Positions 28,301 through 39,804 of a DNA stretch of 64,000 bases are shown here, piece after piece. Made by a program: the position numbers and the translations under genes. This DNA comes from Mobula hypostoma (Eukaryota), in assembly GCF_963921235.1 (NCBI RefSeq), contig NC_086108.1, positions 100,752,001 to 100,816,000 of the forward strand, written 5' to 3'. Position 1 is the stretch's first letter. Every line of letters begins with the position of its first letter. Below the pieces are notes generated by a model, which was given only the letters and a program-made list of their open reading frames with translations, did not search any database and was not told where the DNA came from.

Positions 28301-28974
28301 TGCAGTTTTTCAAAGTATCTCTCCTGCGCATTAGATTGTGATCTGTTCGTATTGATCCAACATTTCATTTTGTGTCAATAGAGAATTTGTAAATTAGTCT
28401 CAGTGAAAGACTGACTATTTTCATTCCTGGTAACAGTGCTTTGTTAGATTCCCACTACCATCAATTTATTTGCCATAGTTTTATGTAAATTTTATTGCAA
28501 TAATTTTGTAAACCCTCTTGGTTACAAACCCAGCAACTAGATCTGTAATGTGTTGTCTTCTTCCTATCAAGCAGGATAATTCACTATTTCCCAATATTGT
28601 AATATTTTAATGGAGCAGATTTCCATGTATTACACTATTGCAGTGGAGGTACATAATATCTGAACATAATGGCTTTTTTATTTCCATTTTAGATTTTTGG
28701 TATGACTTTCTGTTATGAGATGAGTAATTTTATCCAGATCTTGCCCAGTCTAGTCTGTGCATTAGAAGGCACAAAACATGAAATGGATGTATAGGCTCGA
28801 TCTTTATAAGTTGATTTTGTCTCTTTCCTATCTTAAAAGAATATTTATAATGAAAGTGAGTTAATACGTTATTAAAGAAGTCCATCTCTTCAAAGTGCTG
28901 ATCATTTTTTGTCTCAAGTCTTCAAGCTAATGTGCTAGGCAAAGGTAAATTGAAATATAATGTTATTGTCTTAG

Positions 28975-29310
28975 AACATAAGACTTTGGAGCTGACTTAG
29001 GCCATTTGACCCATCAAGCCTCCTCTGCCATTCAATCATGGCTATTTTTCTAAATTTCTCAGGCCTATTCTCTCCCTTCTCCCTGTAGCCCTTAGGCCCC
29101 TTACCGATCGTGAACCTATTAATCTCTGCCTTAAATGCACCCAGAGACATGTTATCCACTGCCCTCTGTGGCAATGAATTCCACAGATTCACCCCCCCCC
29201 CAGCTGAAGAAATTCCTCCTCATCTCAGTTTTAAAGGGATATCACTTTATCCTGAGGCTGTGCCCTCAAATCCTCGACTCTCCTACTAATGGAAACATCC
29301 TCCCCATCTC
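28975..29310 (-). mobile_element. CR1 3' end fragment
   Basis: ORF 28971..29192 (NLWNSLPQRAV). Confidence 0.8.
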
Positions 29311-30344
29311 TATTCCTTGCAGTTTCCTATTGTACATATAATATAGTTGAAACATAAGTCTTGAGAAAGGGCCAGTGTGAAGAATAGGGGTTGGGGTTTG
29401 TGGGAGTGAATCTCTTGTCTCCCTCCATCTTGAATTATCCTCAATGGGCCAGTATAGTCCGTGTACTATGACAAGAGAAGCATAGAACTGACGTGAAAAT
29501 TAACTCCTGTAACCATAGCTGTACTATGAAATTGGCATTAAATAAATGAAAGAGGAAAGTGAATATAATATGTGTGCCATTACCCAGTCCTGAAATCTGA
29601 TCATTAAGCTTTAAAGGCAACACTGCAGGTCATTCAGAAAAAAAAATCATAAAAGCCAATTTTTCCCCTGAAAGCTCAGCTGTTCACATTTCAATCTCCA
29701 GATGGTAAGTATGTTCTAATGCCCTAAAATCTCAAAATTAGGACCGGTTTGCTCCTTGTTTGCATCAAAAGCCACTTTCTACCACACTATCAGCTATAAT
29801 TTCATTTCATGTACCTCTTTCAATTTGAATAAAATCTGAGAGGAACTCGAGGCAGAGGTAGTAATTCAAAGAATTCTGCAATGCATTCTGTGTGTCACAA
29901 GAAGACTTGAGTTGAATTATTAACACCAATTCTTCAGCTGTACTCTTTATGCTGAATTGCTGCTTTTAAGGATTTGCCCTGTGTATTTCTGGACACAGCC
30001 AATAGACTCTTATTTTTTTGAGGAGCGCTACCATCCTGTATCAGAGACAGGCAACTTTCCACTCATTTACAGCAAGGCGTGTGCAATATGAGACCATTAA
30101 CAATACAATCCCAGCCACTCTTTGATTGTATTACAGCAGCAGTTGCTAACTCCCATGTCATTGCAGGTCTCTTGATTTTTAGATGGCTCCAGCACATTTC
30201 AATGTGCTGTATTATTTTCAAATTTTTATAAATAAAAATATAATCCTAAATTTGGAAGTGTCCGCACTTGAACTCGGATGTTCCGATGTGTGTCTGTTCA
30301 TTGGTCACCTATGCATAATTATAACAAGAATTACTTGGCTAATA

Positions 30345-30620
30345 TAAAGGGGCATATTTCTAAGGTGATTGGAGGAAAGTATAGGGGGGATGTCAGTGGT
30401 AAATTCTTTACACAGAGAGTGGTGGGTGCATGGAAAACCTTACCAGGGTAGTGATAGAAGCAGATACATTAGGGACATTTAAAAGACTCTTAGATAAGTG
30501 AATACATGATACAAAAATGGAGGGCTATGTAAGAAGGAAGAGTTAGATTGATCTTAGAGTAGGTTAAACTGTTGTGGGCCACAGGGCCTATACCGTGCTG
30601 TAATATTCTGTTCTATGAAT
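30345..30620 (+). mobile_element. CR1 3' end fragment
   Basis: ttctttacacagagagtggtgggtgcatgg and a ttctatg tail. Confidence 0.7.
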
Positions 30621-30854
30621 TGTGGTCACTTGCATAGAATTAAACTTGTGGATTTTGTACTGCTTTCTGTACAGTTGGAGAAGAATCTAGTTCAAAATAT
30701 TTGATAATGGGTGAATTTTATTGTTCGGCTGTTGTGTGCAGTGGGAGACAACAGTACTGAATTTCAGTGAGGTAATTAAGTATTGATATTATAGTAAACT
30801 AATCTGAGTAAGAAATGAAAATTCACTAACTTATTATTGAAAAATCTTTTCCAG

Positions 30855-30904
30855 CTTTTGTCAGAAGTGATAAGCCTAAGATGTTCAAGGGTCTACAGAT
30901 CAAG
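30855..30904 (+). CDS. SELENOF: SELENOF penultimate exon (AFVRSDKPKMFKGLQIK)
   Basis: TTTTCCAG acceptor and GTAATT donor. Phase 1 joins the previous exon (G|CT = Ala). The peptide matches Sep15. Confidence 0.96.
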
Positions 30905-33644
30905 GTAATTTCAGGAAAAAAAAGTTCTATAATGTGCTTTTTAAGTAGTTCATTTTATAAAAATGAAAGTTTTGTTCTTACAGGATCCACCACATTTAAT
31001 GTTAACCATAGACTTTTTGCAAGCTTGCCATTCCACCACACAGTTCTGCTAATTCTGCAGATGTATCAAGTTCATTGGGTATCTTTGAACAGGTCTCACA
31101 ACAGCAAACATTTTCAGTTAATGCCCTAGGAAGATGCAATGTTTTAAACTTCGAACAAATTAGATAGACAGCAAATTTGCCAAACATGTTTTATTTCTCA
31201 TAAGCCCATGTTGAGTAGATTTGATTATATTCAGCATTCCTAATGATTAATATTTTCTTCTTAATTATTGACTGTAGCATCGGGGGATTGTTGGGAGATG
31301 CAGCTTGAAGGGCTGGAAGGGTCTATTCTGCTCAGCATTTCAATAAATAATTTTTTAAAAATAATAAGGCAGAGATGCTAATTTGCAGTAAATCTAATTT
31401 TCTTTTGGGGTTCTTTGGCTAATCAGGTGAAATTCATAATCTTTTGTGACATTCACAGCTGTTTTGTCCTCTGTCCAATTATTTGAAGCTGTCAATGTTC
31501 TTCCAGTGGCGATGGCCTTTGTTTTGTAGATGACTTAGTACATTGCAATATTGTGTGATAGGACAGAACAAGAGTTGATAGTCTGTTAATTATCCAGCAT
31601 CCAATTGCTGTATATGGTTTTCCTTATTCCCTTTCTTTGAATCTGTTCTCCTTAGATGTAGCTCTGTAGGTGTTTGCAACAACATCATCAAGACTCCACA
31701 ATGTCCTTCCTTCTTACGATCAGCAACTGAGGGTGCATTCCATCCAGACCAAGAGGTTGAGTCATGGAGTTATACGGCACAAAAACAGGCCCTTCTGCCA
31801 TTATGTTCATATCAGTCATTGTACTTATCCACATTAATCCCATTTTCCAGATTCCATCCACCTCTGGAGAGGAAAAACAGTCACATGATTTCAGTTGAAT
31901 TGAATCACTTACCTCTTCTTTATCAACTTTTATTAACTTCTTCCCTAATAAGAACTGATTTCAAGTACTCCATAAGTATTTCAGACATTCGGTCTTTCTC
32001 TGCGAATTAATTTACCCTTTGGTCTCTGATTAGACCTATTTCTTACAATTTTTTCCTAATTCACATGCCTACAGAATTTTTTGTTTGGGATCCCCTTTCA
32101 TTTGCTTTCAGACTTCTCCTTGCTGTCTCTTCTTTCCATTTTCACTTTACTCTGAACTTTATATAGTCTGGCTGGTTCTCACTTCTGTTAACAACTGTCT
32201 TGTGCTCCTCTGCTAATGTTGTTCTGTTGTTTTCAAAAGGCATAAACCAGAAAATTATATTTAACTCTCTCACCGGGCTCATAACAAACTCGGCCTGTTA
32301 GCTAACTCTAGCTAATGCATGGGTATTGGTGAGAAGGCCACCTCCAATAAGAATACACGTCTAGGGTTGGTATGATTTGGGTTCAACCAAACAGGAAAGT
32401 TGGAATATTCCAATGAGAGAAATTAAAAGTCCTTGCTAGTTCAGCAAAAATTAAACTGCTAGAACAGCTCAGCAGATCAAGTAGCATCTGTATAGGCAAA
32501 GGGATGGTATACATTTTGGGTTAAGCTCCTGTCAGCATCAGGAAAGAGTCTTCACTTGAAACATTGACTATCCCTTTGCCTCTGCAGATGCTGCTTGGCC
32601 CACTGAGTTCTTACTTCATTTGACCTACCAGCACGTCTGCCACAAAAACAGTTTCTCAATGGCCCCTTAAATAACTGCAAAAGCTGATAGCACTGATGAC
32701 CAGTTTGGTCAAAGAGAGAATAAAAGGAGTGTGCTGAAGAAGAAAAGAGAGTGCAGGAATTCCAAAGGTTTAATTGTCGATAAAGTAATTAAATTTGGGT
32801 TTGATCAAGAGAATATTAGATCACATTCAGAATTACTAAATTTAATCTAAAAGAAAGACAGGCTGGGTTTGTTAAAGGAATTCTGTGTTTAACTGATTTG
32901 ATTTATAAAACGTTAATGCACAGGGTTAGAGAGGATAGTGTAATTGATGTAATACCGTCTAACAGGCTTGTTTTAGGAAAATTTGACAAAATTGACAAAG
33001 TGCAGAAAGCAGAGAATGCTAATAAGTGGGTAATTATCAAACATATAGCTTTCCTCATATAATACAGTGTGAATGTTATCTAACATTGTTTGATGTCATG
33101 GAAGTTCAGTAATATGCATTGTAGTTTTAGATTTTCTGAAATATAATTTACCTGTACCATAATGCCAATTTTCCTATGATAAAATGGACTCTATTGTATG
33201 CATAGAGTAAACCTGTTGCTAAATAGTTTGTCATATGTTCATAAACCACGATTTAAAATTCAAGGATTTTCCCTGAAATAAGAAGATGCTGCAGTAATTA
33301 TACATTTAGCAGTAAAACCTGCCACTAGTTTGGCATGGAGGTGGGTGGGGGAGGAACATAAAGCACATAAATTACCTTAGCTGTGAATTGAAGGAGCTGG
33401 CACAGCAAGATAACACTAATTGTTGCAGTAAAAAGTACGTGGCCAAAAATGTCATGGGAAATTGATGCTGAGTAGCTGTGTAAATGTAAAATTGTTTCAT
33501 TAAGATGTTGGCAGTAAGTAAATTAATAAGCCTATACCATTTTATATATAAAAGGACTTAAATTTTCAGAACTGAGTGTGTAAAAATTATGTTATTTGTA
33601 TAGACAGAAGAAAAGTCGGTGTACATTATTGTGAGAGATTAATT

Positions 33645-33890
33645 TATTGAGATAGAATGCGGACTAAGCCCTTCGAGCTGTGCTGCCCTGCAACCCCACA
33701 ATTTAACCGTAGCCTAATCATGGGACAGTTTACAACGACCAATTGTACATCTGGACTGTGGGAGGAAACTGGAGCACTCGGAGGAAGCCCACAGGGAGAA
33801 TGTACAAATTCCTTGCAGGCATCGGCGGAATTTGAATGCAGTCGCTGGTACTGTAAGGTGTTGAGCTAACCACTACACTACACTGCCGCT
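33645..33890 (-). repeat. tRNA-type SINE
   Basis: The reverse strand starts gcggcagtgtagtgtagtggttagc and the body is shared with 4470-4765. Confidence 0.6.
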
Positions 33891-33999
33891 CTCTTATCTC
33901 TTATTTAAGAGAACAGAATTAATAACGACTTGGCTCAGTTTATAAGCTGTTACTTACAATAAATGACTTGGATATTCATTATGTGCTTTTGTTTTCTAG

Positions 34000-34131
34000 T
34001 ATGTGCGTGGCTCTGACCCTGTACTAAAGCTTCTGGATGACAAAGGGGACATTGCTGAAGAACTAAGCATTCTCAAATGGAACACAGATAGTGTGGAAGA
34101 GTTCCTCAGTGAAAAGTTAGAGCGTTTATAA
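34000..34131 (+). CDS. SELENOF: SELENOF last coding exon (YVRGSDPVLKLLDDKGDIAEELSILKWNTDSVEEFLSEKLERL*)
   Basis: TTTTCTAG acceptor, phase 0, TAA stop at 34129-34131. The peptide matches the Sep15 C-terminus. Confidence 0.97.
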   Translation, partial: YVRGSDPVLKLLDDKGDIAEELSILKWNTDSVEEFLSEKLERL

Positions 34132-34466
34132 ATTACAAATTGTTACAGGTCAGGTTTCCATTTTGTAAATCAGTTTAATATTTCAAGGACTCCCTGGTCA
34201 TACTAGTTAATTGATGATTCAAAATGATCATGTTTAATCTCACATTGCACTGAGTAGATTTATTACCCTGACTATCAATAGAATTTTCTGGATTTGGTTA
34301 GTCAGTTTCTTTCCAGCATAAATGAATGTGTTGTTGACCATTAAATTTGTAATGTACTGTATATTTGTACTTTCTTGGGTCCATGGTAACATGCTTTTGG
34401 CTCCAAATGGCTTTTATTGGTAGTATGGTGCTTGCAGTTTACTACAGTAGACAAGATACATTAAGG

Positions 34467-34536
34467 AGTTGCACTTTTGTGAAAGCTAAACATGAAACCT
34501 GTTTGAGGATGTGTATAGCCAGATGTTTTGTGCACT
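34467..34536 (+). promoter_or_regulatory. SECIS element (form 2) in the SELENOF 3' UTR
   Basis: Manual fold: helix I TGCAC/GTGCA; core GTGAA (34479-83) / AGAT (34521-24); helix II GCTAAACATG/TGTGTATAGC; apical AAA (34495-97) 12 nt after TGA; mini-stem CCT/AGG. Confidence 0.85.
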
Positions 34537-34609
34537 GACTGGTGTTCTGCTCTGCTGAAGTAAAAACAGCTTGGAAAGGTGGTATTGTTTGAAACTGGAA
34601 TGTTGGAAT

Positions 34610-34615
34610 AATAAA
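34610..34615 (+). terminator. Polyadenylation signal of SELENOF
   Basis: AATAAA about 75 nt after the SECIS, followed by a GU/U-rich tract (tatgtttgatgtttcttt). Confidence 0.7.
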
Positions 34616-34654
34616 AGCTGTTTCTGAACCATTATGTTTGATGTTTCTTTCAGC

Positions 34655-34860
34655 ATGGAGGTTAGCACAATGTTTTACAGTGCCAGCGATTGGAGTTCAA
34701 CTTCCGGCACTCTGTTAGGAGTTTGTGACTTGGGTTCTGCAACATTCCAAAGACATAAGGGTGAGGGCTCGTAAGTTGTGGGCATTCTATATTGGCGATG
34801 GAAGCATGGCAACACTCAGAGTGCTGCCCCCCGCACACAGCCTCAGATTGTATTGGTCAT
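34655..34860 (+). repeat. SINE just downstream of the poly(A) site
   Basis: gttagcacaatg...ggagttcaacttcc...gtaagttgtgggcat, shared with 4820-5090. Confidence 0.6.
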
Positions 34861-37800
34861 TGGCCTATATTGTATTCTAGGTTCAAGCACTCATTTCTTG
34901 AAAACTGTCAGCAACTCCTTAAACCATTCCACCAGTCTTTCAGGTTGGAGCATTCAGCTCAGGGCTAACAACCCTAACTGGAAAAACAAAATTGTCATGG
35001 AAACAGCAATGAAGAATCCTACATCTGAGTGTGGTGGTATTTCTGCGTCTCCACCCAGCACTTGCATAACTGATGGTATGAAAACAGAGAGGAAGTTACT
35101 GATAAGATGAAGGAAGGCTGAACACCACCAGAGATGGAGGACCTTCATTGCTGCCCTAAATGCCAGCAGCATGAGGGGCAGTAAGTGAGTGATAAATTAT
35201 GTATCTAAATGAAACACAGAACAAATTAAAACACTACCAATACTGCTACAGTACTAGAAAACTGCATTAGTTCCTAATATTTATCAACAGACGAATTCAT
35301 CCAGTATATGCTGCCCTGTTCTTTGATTGTAAATGAACAATAGTGTAGGTAGTACAGATAGTGTACTGCCTTTAAACAATTCTTTAGACAATTGCATCCT
35401 CCAAATTTTCATTTTTATTGTAACTGTTGTGTGAATGAAGTCACCAGAGAACAGTACTGATAGATATGAAGCAGCTTTTTCATTTGAATAAACGAAGTGC
35501 AGCAAGCATTATATGGGAATGCTTTCCTTCGAAAGGTCTGCCTATGCCCGGCACTACACACATTTTATGTGCTAAAGATCAAAGAAAATTCAGGAGAAGT
35601 CAAATAAATCCATATTTACAATCTTCCCACCATCACATCCAAAACAAGTGTTAATCACTGTCACATCCATGCAGTGGAATGTTGATTGGACTCAAGCAGG
35701 CACAGACAATCAGCTAAATGCCTGTTTCTGGGTCTGCCTAGTCTGTGAACCTATTGTTCAGAGCTGCATTAAAATCAAATCCACAATTCAGATCTGAAGA
35801 CTAGTGGCCAAAGTTATCTGCTAAATGTGCTAAACCCAAAAATCACTCTAAGAGTAACATTCAGTATGTATGTCAATACCTTCAAATCCTTCAGACTTGC
35901 TAACTTGTTGAAGTAGTAAAATGGTTTCGTTTTCACTCCTGACCTTTTCTGGCATCTCCAAGCCTGAATGCTTGAAACCACAGTGAGCAAGCATCGTTCT
36001 GAATTGTCTTACTGCTTATTCCTTGCATTTAGTGGCAAGAATAACTGCTTTTTGAACACAAACACATGCAACTAATGCCATTTAAAAACTTTGCTCTACC
36101 AGCCACACAAGTGCACGCAACCGACACTAGTTAGAAGTTGTGGACAACAATCTCCTGTCCCAATTAAATGGTATAGTGTCCCAAATAAACATAGGGAATG
36201 CTGGCCCTTTTCTGGATTAGCTTTTGTTCTTTAAGAGTTGTCCCAAATAAGTGGCTGATGCAATTAACTGGAAACCACTGTACATGTGTATACCATATTA
36301 CAACATTTGAGTGCGAATAGGTTCCCTATTATTCCCATCACCAAATTTGGGCTTATCAAGTTTCTAATTTCCAAAGTGCTCTTTACTGCATTGCCTCTGC
36401 AATTGGTAAATTTACATTAGAAAATTGATTTATTATTGGCACACCTACCAAGATACAGTGAAAGACTTTGTTTTGCATGCTGTCCATACAAATCATTTAA
36501 TTGCAACAATGCACCAAGGTAATACAAGAGAAAATGAACAGAGTGCAGTATAAAGTGTTACAATACAAAGGAAATGTAGTCTGGGTAGACAGTATGATTC
36601 AAGGTCACAATGAGGTAGATAAGACCATGAAACATAGGGGTAGAATTAAGCCATTCAGCCCCTCAAGTTTGCTCTGCCATTCCATCATGGCTGATCCTGG
36701 ATCCCACTCAACCCATACACCTGCCTTCTCGCCGTATCCTTTGATGCCCTGACCGATCAGGAAACGATCAACATCTACTTTAAATATACCCACAGACTTG
36801 GCCTCTGCCCCATTCTGCAGCAGAGCATTCCACAGATTCACTACTCTCTAGTTAAAAACATTCCTCCTTACCTTTGTTCTATATGGTTGCCCCTCAATTT
36901 TGAGGCTATGCCCTCTAGTTCTGGATACCTCCACCATAGGAAACATCCTCTCCACATCCACCTTATCTAGTCCTTTCAACATTCGGCAGGCTTCAATAAA
37001 ATCCCCCGGCATTCTCCTAAATTCCAGTGAGTACAAGCCCAAAGCTCCCAAATGCTCCTCATATGTTAACCCCTTCATTCCCAGAATCATCCTCATGAAC
37101 CTCCTCAGGGCTCTCACCAATGACAGCACATAATTTTTGAGATATGGGGCCCTAAACTGTTGACAATACTCCAAGTACAGCCTGACTAGTGTCTTGCAAA
37201 GCCTCAGCATTATCTCCTTGCTTTTATATTCTATCCCCCTGAAATAAACACCAACATTATAATTGCCTTCTTTACCACGGATTAAACCCGTAAATTAACT
37301 TTCTGGGAGGCTTGCACAAGGATTCCTAAATTCCTCTGCATCTCTGAAGTTTGAATTTTCTCCCCATTTTGGATAATAGTCTGCACTATTGTTCTTCTTA
37401 TCAAATGCATTATCATACATTTCCCAAAACTATATTCCATCTGCCACTTTTTTGCCTATTCATCCATTTGTCTAAGTCGTGCTGGAATCCTCAGCACTAC
37501 CCACACCTCCACCTACATATCATCCACAAACATTGTGAAAAGTCGCGGTCTGAGGAACACCACTAGTCACTGGCAGCCAACCAGAAAAGGCCCCCTTTAA
37601 TTCACTGTCACTCACTGTCTCCTGCCTGTCAGCCATTCCTCCATCCATGTCAGTATCTTTCCAGTACCACCATAGGCTTTTATCTTGTTAAGCATCCTGA
37701 TGTGTGGCACCTTATCAAATGCCTTCTGAAAATCCAAGTAACTGACATCCACTGCCTCTTCTTTGTCCACCCTGCTGGTTACTTCCTTGAAGAATTCTAA

Positions 37801-38975
37801 CAGACTTGTTAGGCAAGATTTCTCTTTTACAGAAACCATGCTGACTTTGACTTATTTTATCATTAGTCTCCAAGTACCCGAAACCTCATCCTTAATAATA
37901 GACTCCCAACACTTTCCCAGCCACTGAGGTTAGACTAACAGGCGTATAATTTACTTTCTTTTGCCTTTCTCCCTTAAAGAGTGGAGTGACATTTGCAATT
38001 TTCCAGTCCTCTGGGACCATGCCAGAATCAAGTGATTCTTGAAAGATCATGACCAATGCATCCGTTATCTCGTTCAGGACTCTGGGATGTAGTCCATCAG
38101 GTCCTGATGGCTTATCCACTTTAAGTCCTTTGAGTTTGCCTCGCACTTCTTCCTTTGTAACAGCAATAGTACTCACTCCTGCTCCCTGACACTCTGGCAC
38201 ACTGCTAGTGTCTTCCGCAGTGAAGATTGATGCAAAGTACTCATTAAATTCATCTGCCATTTCTTTGTCTCCCATTGCTACCTCACCAGCATCATTTTCC
38301 GGCAGTCCAATATCAACTCTCACCAGCCTTTCACTCTTAATATAATTGAAAAAGCTTTTACTATCCTGAAGGGTCTCGGCCTGAAACGTCGACTGCGCCT
38401 CTTCCTATAGATGCTGCTTGGCCTGCTGCGTTCACCAGCAATTTTGATGTGTGTTGCTTGAATTTCCAGCATCTGCAGAATTCCTGTTGTTTGCTTTATA
38501 TTGTTGGCTAGTTTGCCCTCATTTTTCATCTTTTCCCTTCTTATAGCGTTTTTAGGTGCCTTTTGTTGGATTTTAAAAGCTTCCCAATCATCCAACTTCC
38601 CATTTACATTTGCTACCTTTTATCATAGAAATCTACAGCATATTACAGGCCCTTCGGCCCACAATGTTGTGCTGACCATGTAACCTACTCTAGAAACTGC
38701 CTAGAATTTCTCTACCACATAGCACTCTATTTTTCTAAGCTCCATGTACCTACCAAGGAATCTCCTAAAAGACCCTATTGTATCTGCCTCTACCACTGTC
38801 ACTGGCAGTGCATCCCACACACCTACCACTCTCTGTAAAAAAAACTTACCTCTGACATCTCCCTCGTATCTACTTCCTACCACCTTAAAACTATGCCCTC
38901 TCATGTTAGCCATTTCAGCCCTGGGAAAAGGCCCCTGGATATCCACACGATCAATGCTTCTCTTCATCTTATACA

Positions 38976-39672
38976 TGTAAGGGTTTTTTTTTTGTCACTG
39001 TGTAGTCTAAATAAAATGGCTTCTTTGTTATGTTATAATTGAAAGGGCTTCTTTGTTATGTTAACTGCTGAAAAAGTGCTCCCACTAGCAGTTTGTTTGG
39101 ATCACGTTACTGATAGGAAGGTGTTACAAACCAGTTGGGATAGTTGTTATGTTTTTGGTGTGTCTGTAAGATACAGTATGCGCGGGGTTTTGGGGGAGAA
39201 GGCGGGAGGGAGAGAGACAGAGGATGGACCAGGTGCTGTGAGTCCGCTAACGGGGTCGGACCCCGAGCAGGGTGTTCGGCGAGGAGAGGAGACGGAGACG
39301 GACTCATGTGGAGCGTCTGGTCGACCGCCGTTGTTGGTCCCAGGCAGCCGGTCAAGGTGGTTCGAGGGGTTGCAGGGTGAAGAAGAAGGGTCCAGAGCTC
39401 CAACTGTTTGTGCACGAAGAGATTGAACTTTGATAAGTGTGGCACCTTTTATTTTCCTTTTATATTTTATTTTCTATTAATTATATAGTTCCAGTAGTAT
39501 CTATAAACTGTAAACCATTTAATCGTATGTGGTGTATTGTCTGTTATTTGGGCGGGGTGGGGTACATCACACAGCATCCACACAAACTTATTACCCAGTT
39601 TGGCAGGACCGAGGGCTGTTTCCCTAGACGACAGCAAGCTGAGCGACCCTGAGGCTGGCCAGGGGGGCTACA
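38976..39672. mobile_element. Solo LTR (697 bp), Gypsy- or ERV1-like by TSD length
   Basis: Termini TGTA...TACA with a 4-bp TSD TACA at 38972-75 and 39673-76. It interrupts a CR1 piece that rejoins cleanly (catctta-taca-cgtctatcaggtc). Confidence 0.85.
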
Positions 39673-39804
39673 TACACGTCTATCAGGTCACCTCTCTTCC
39701 TCCATCGCTCCAAGGAGAAAAGGCCAAGTTCACTCAACATATTCTTATAAGGCATGATCTCCAATCCAGGCAACATCCTTGTAAATTTCCTCTGCACTCC
39801 CCCA

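Noticed and set aside
30881..31129. ORF beginning MFKGLQIK as a separate gene
   Set aside because: It starts at an internal Met of the SELENOF exon and reads through the splice donor into the intron.
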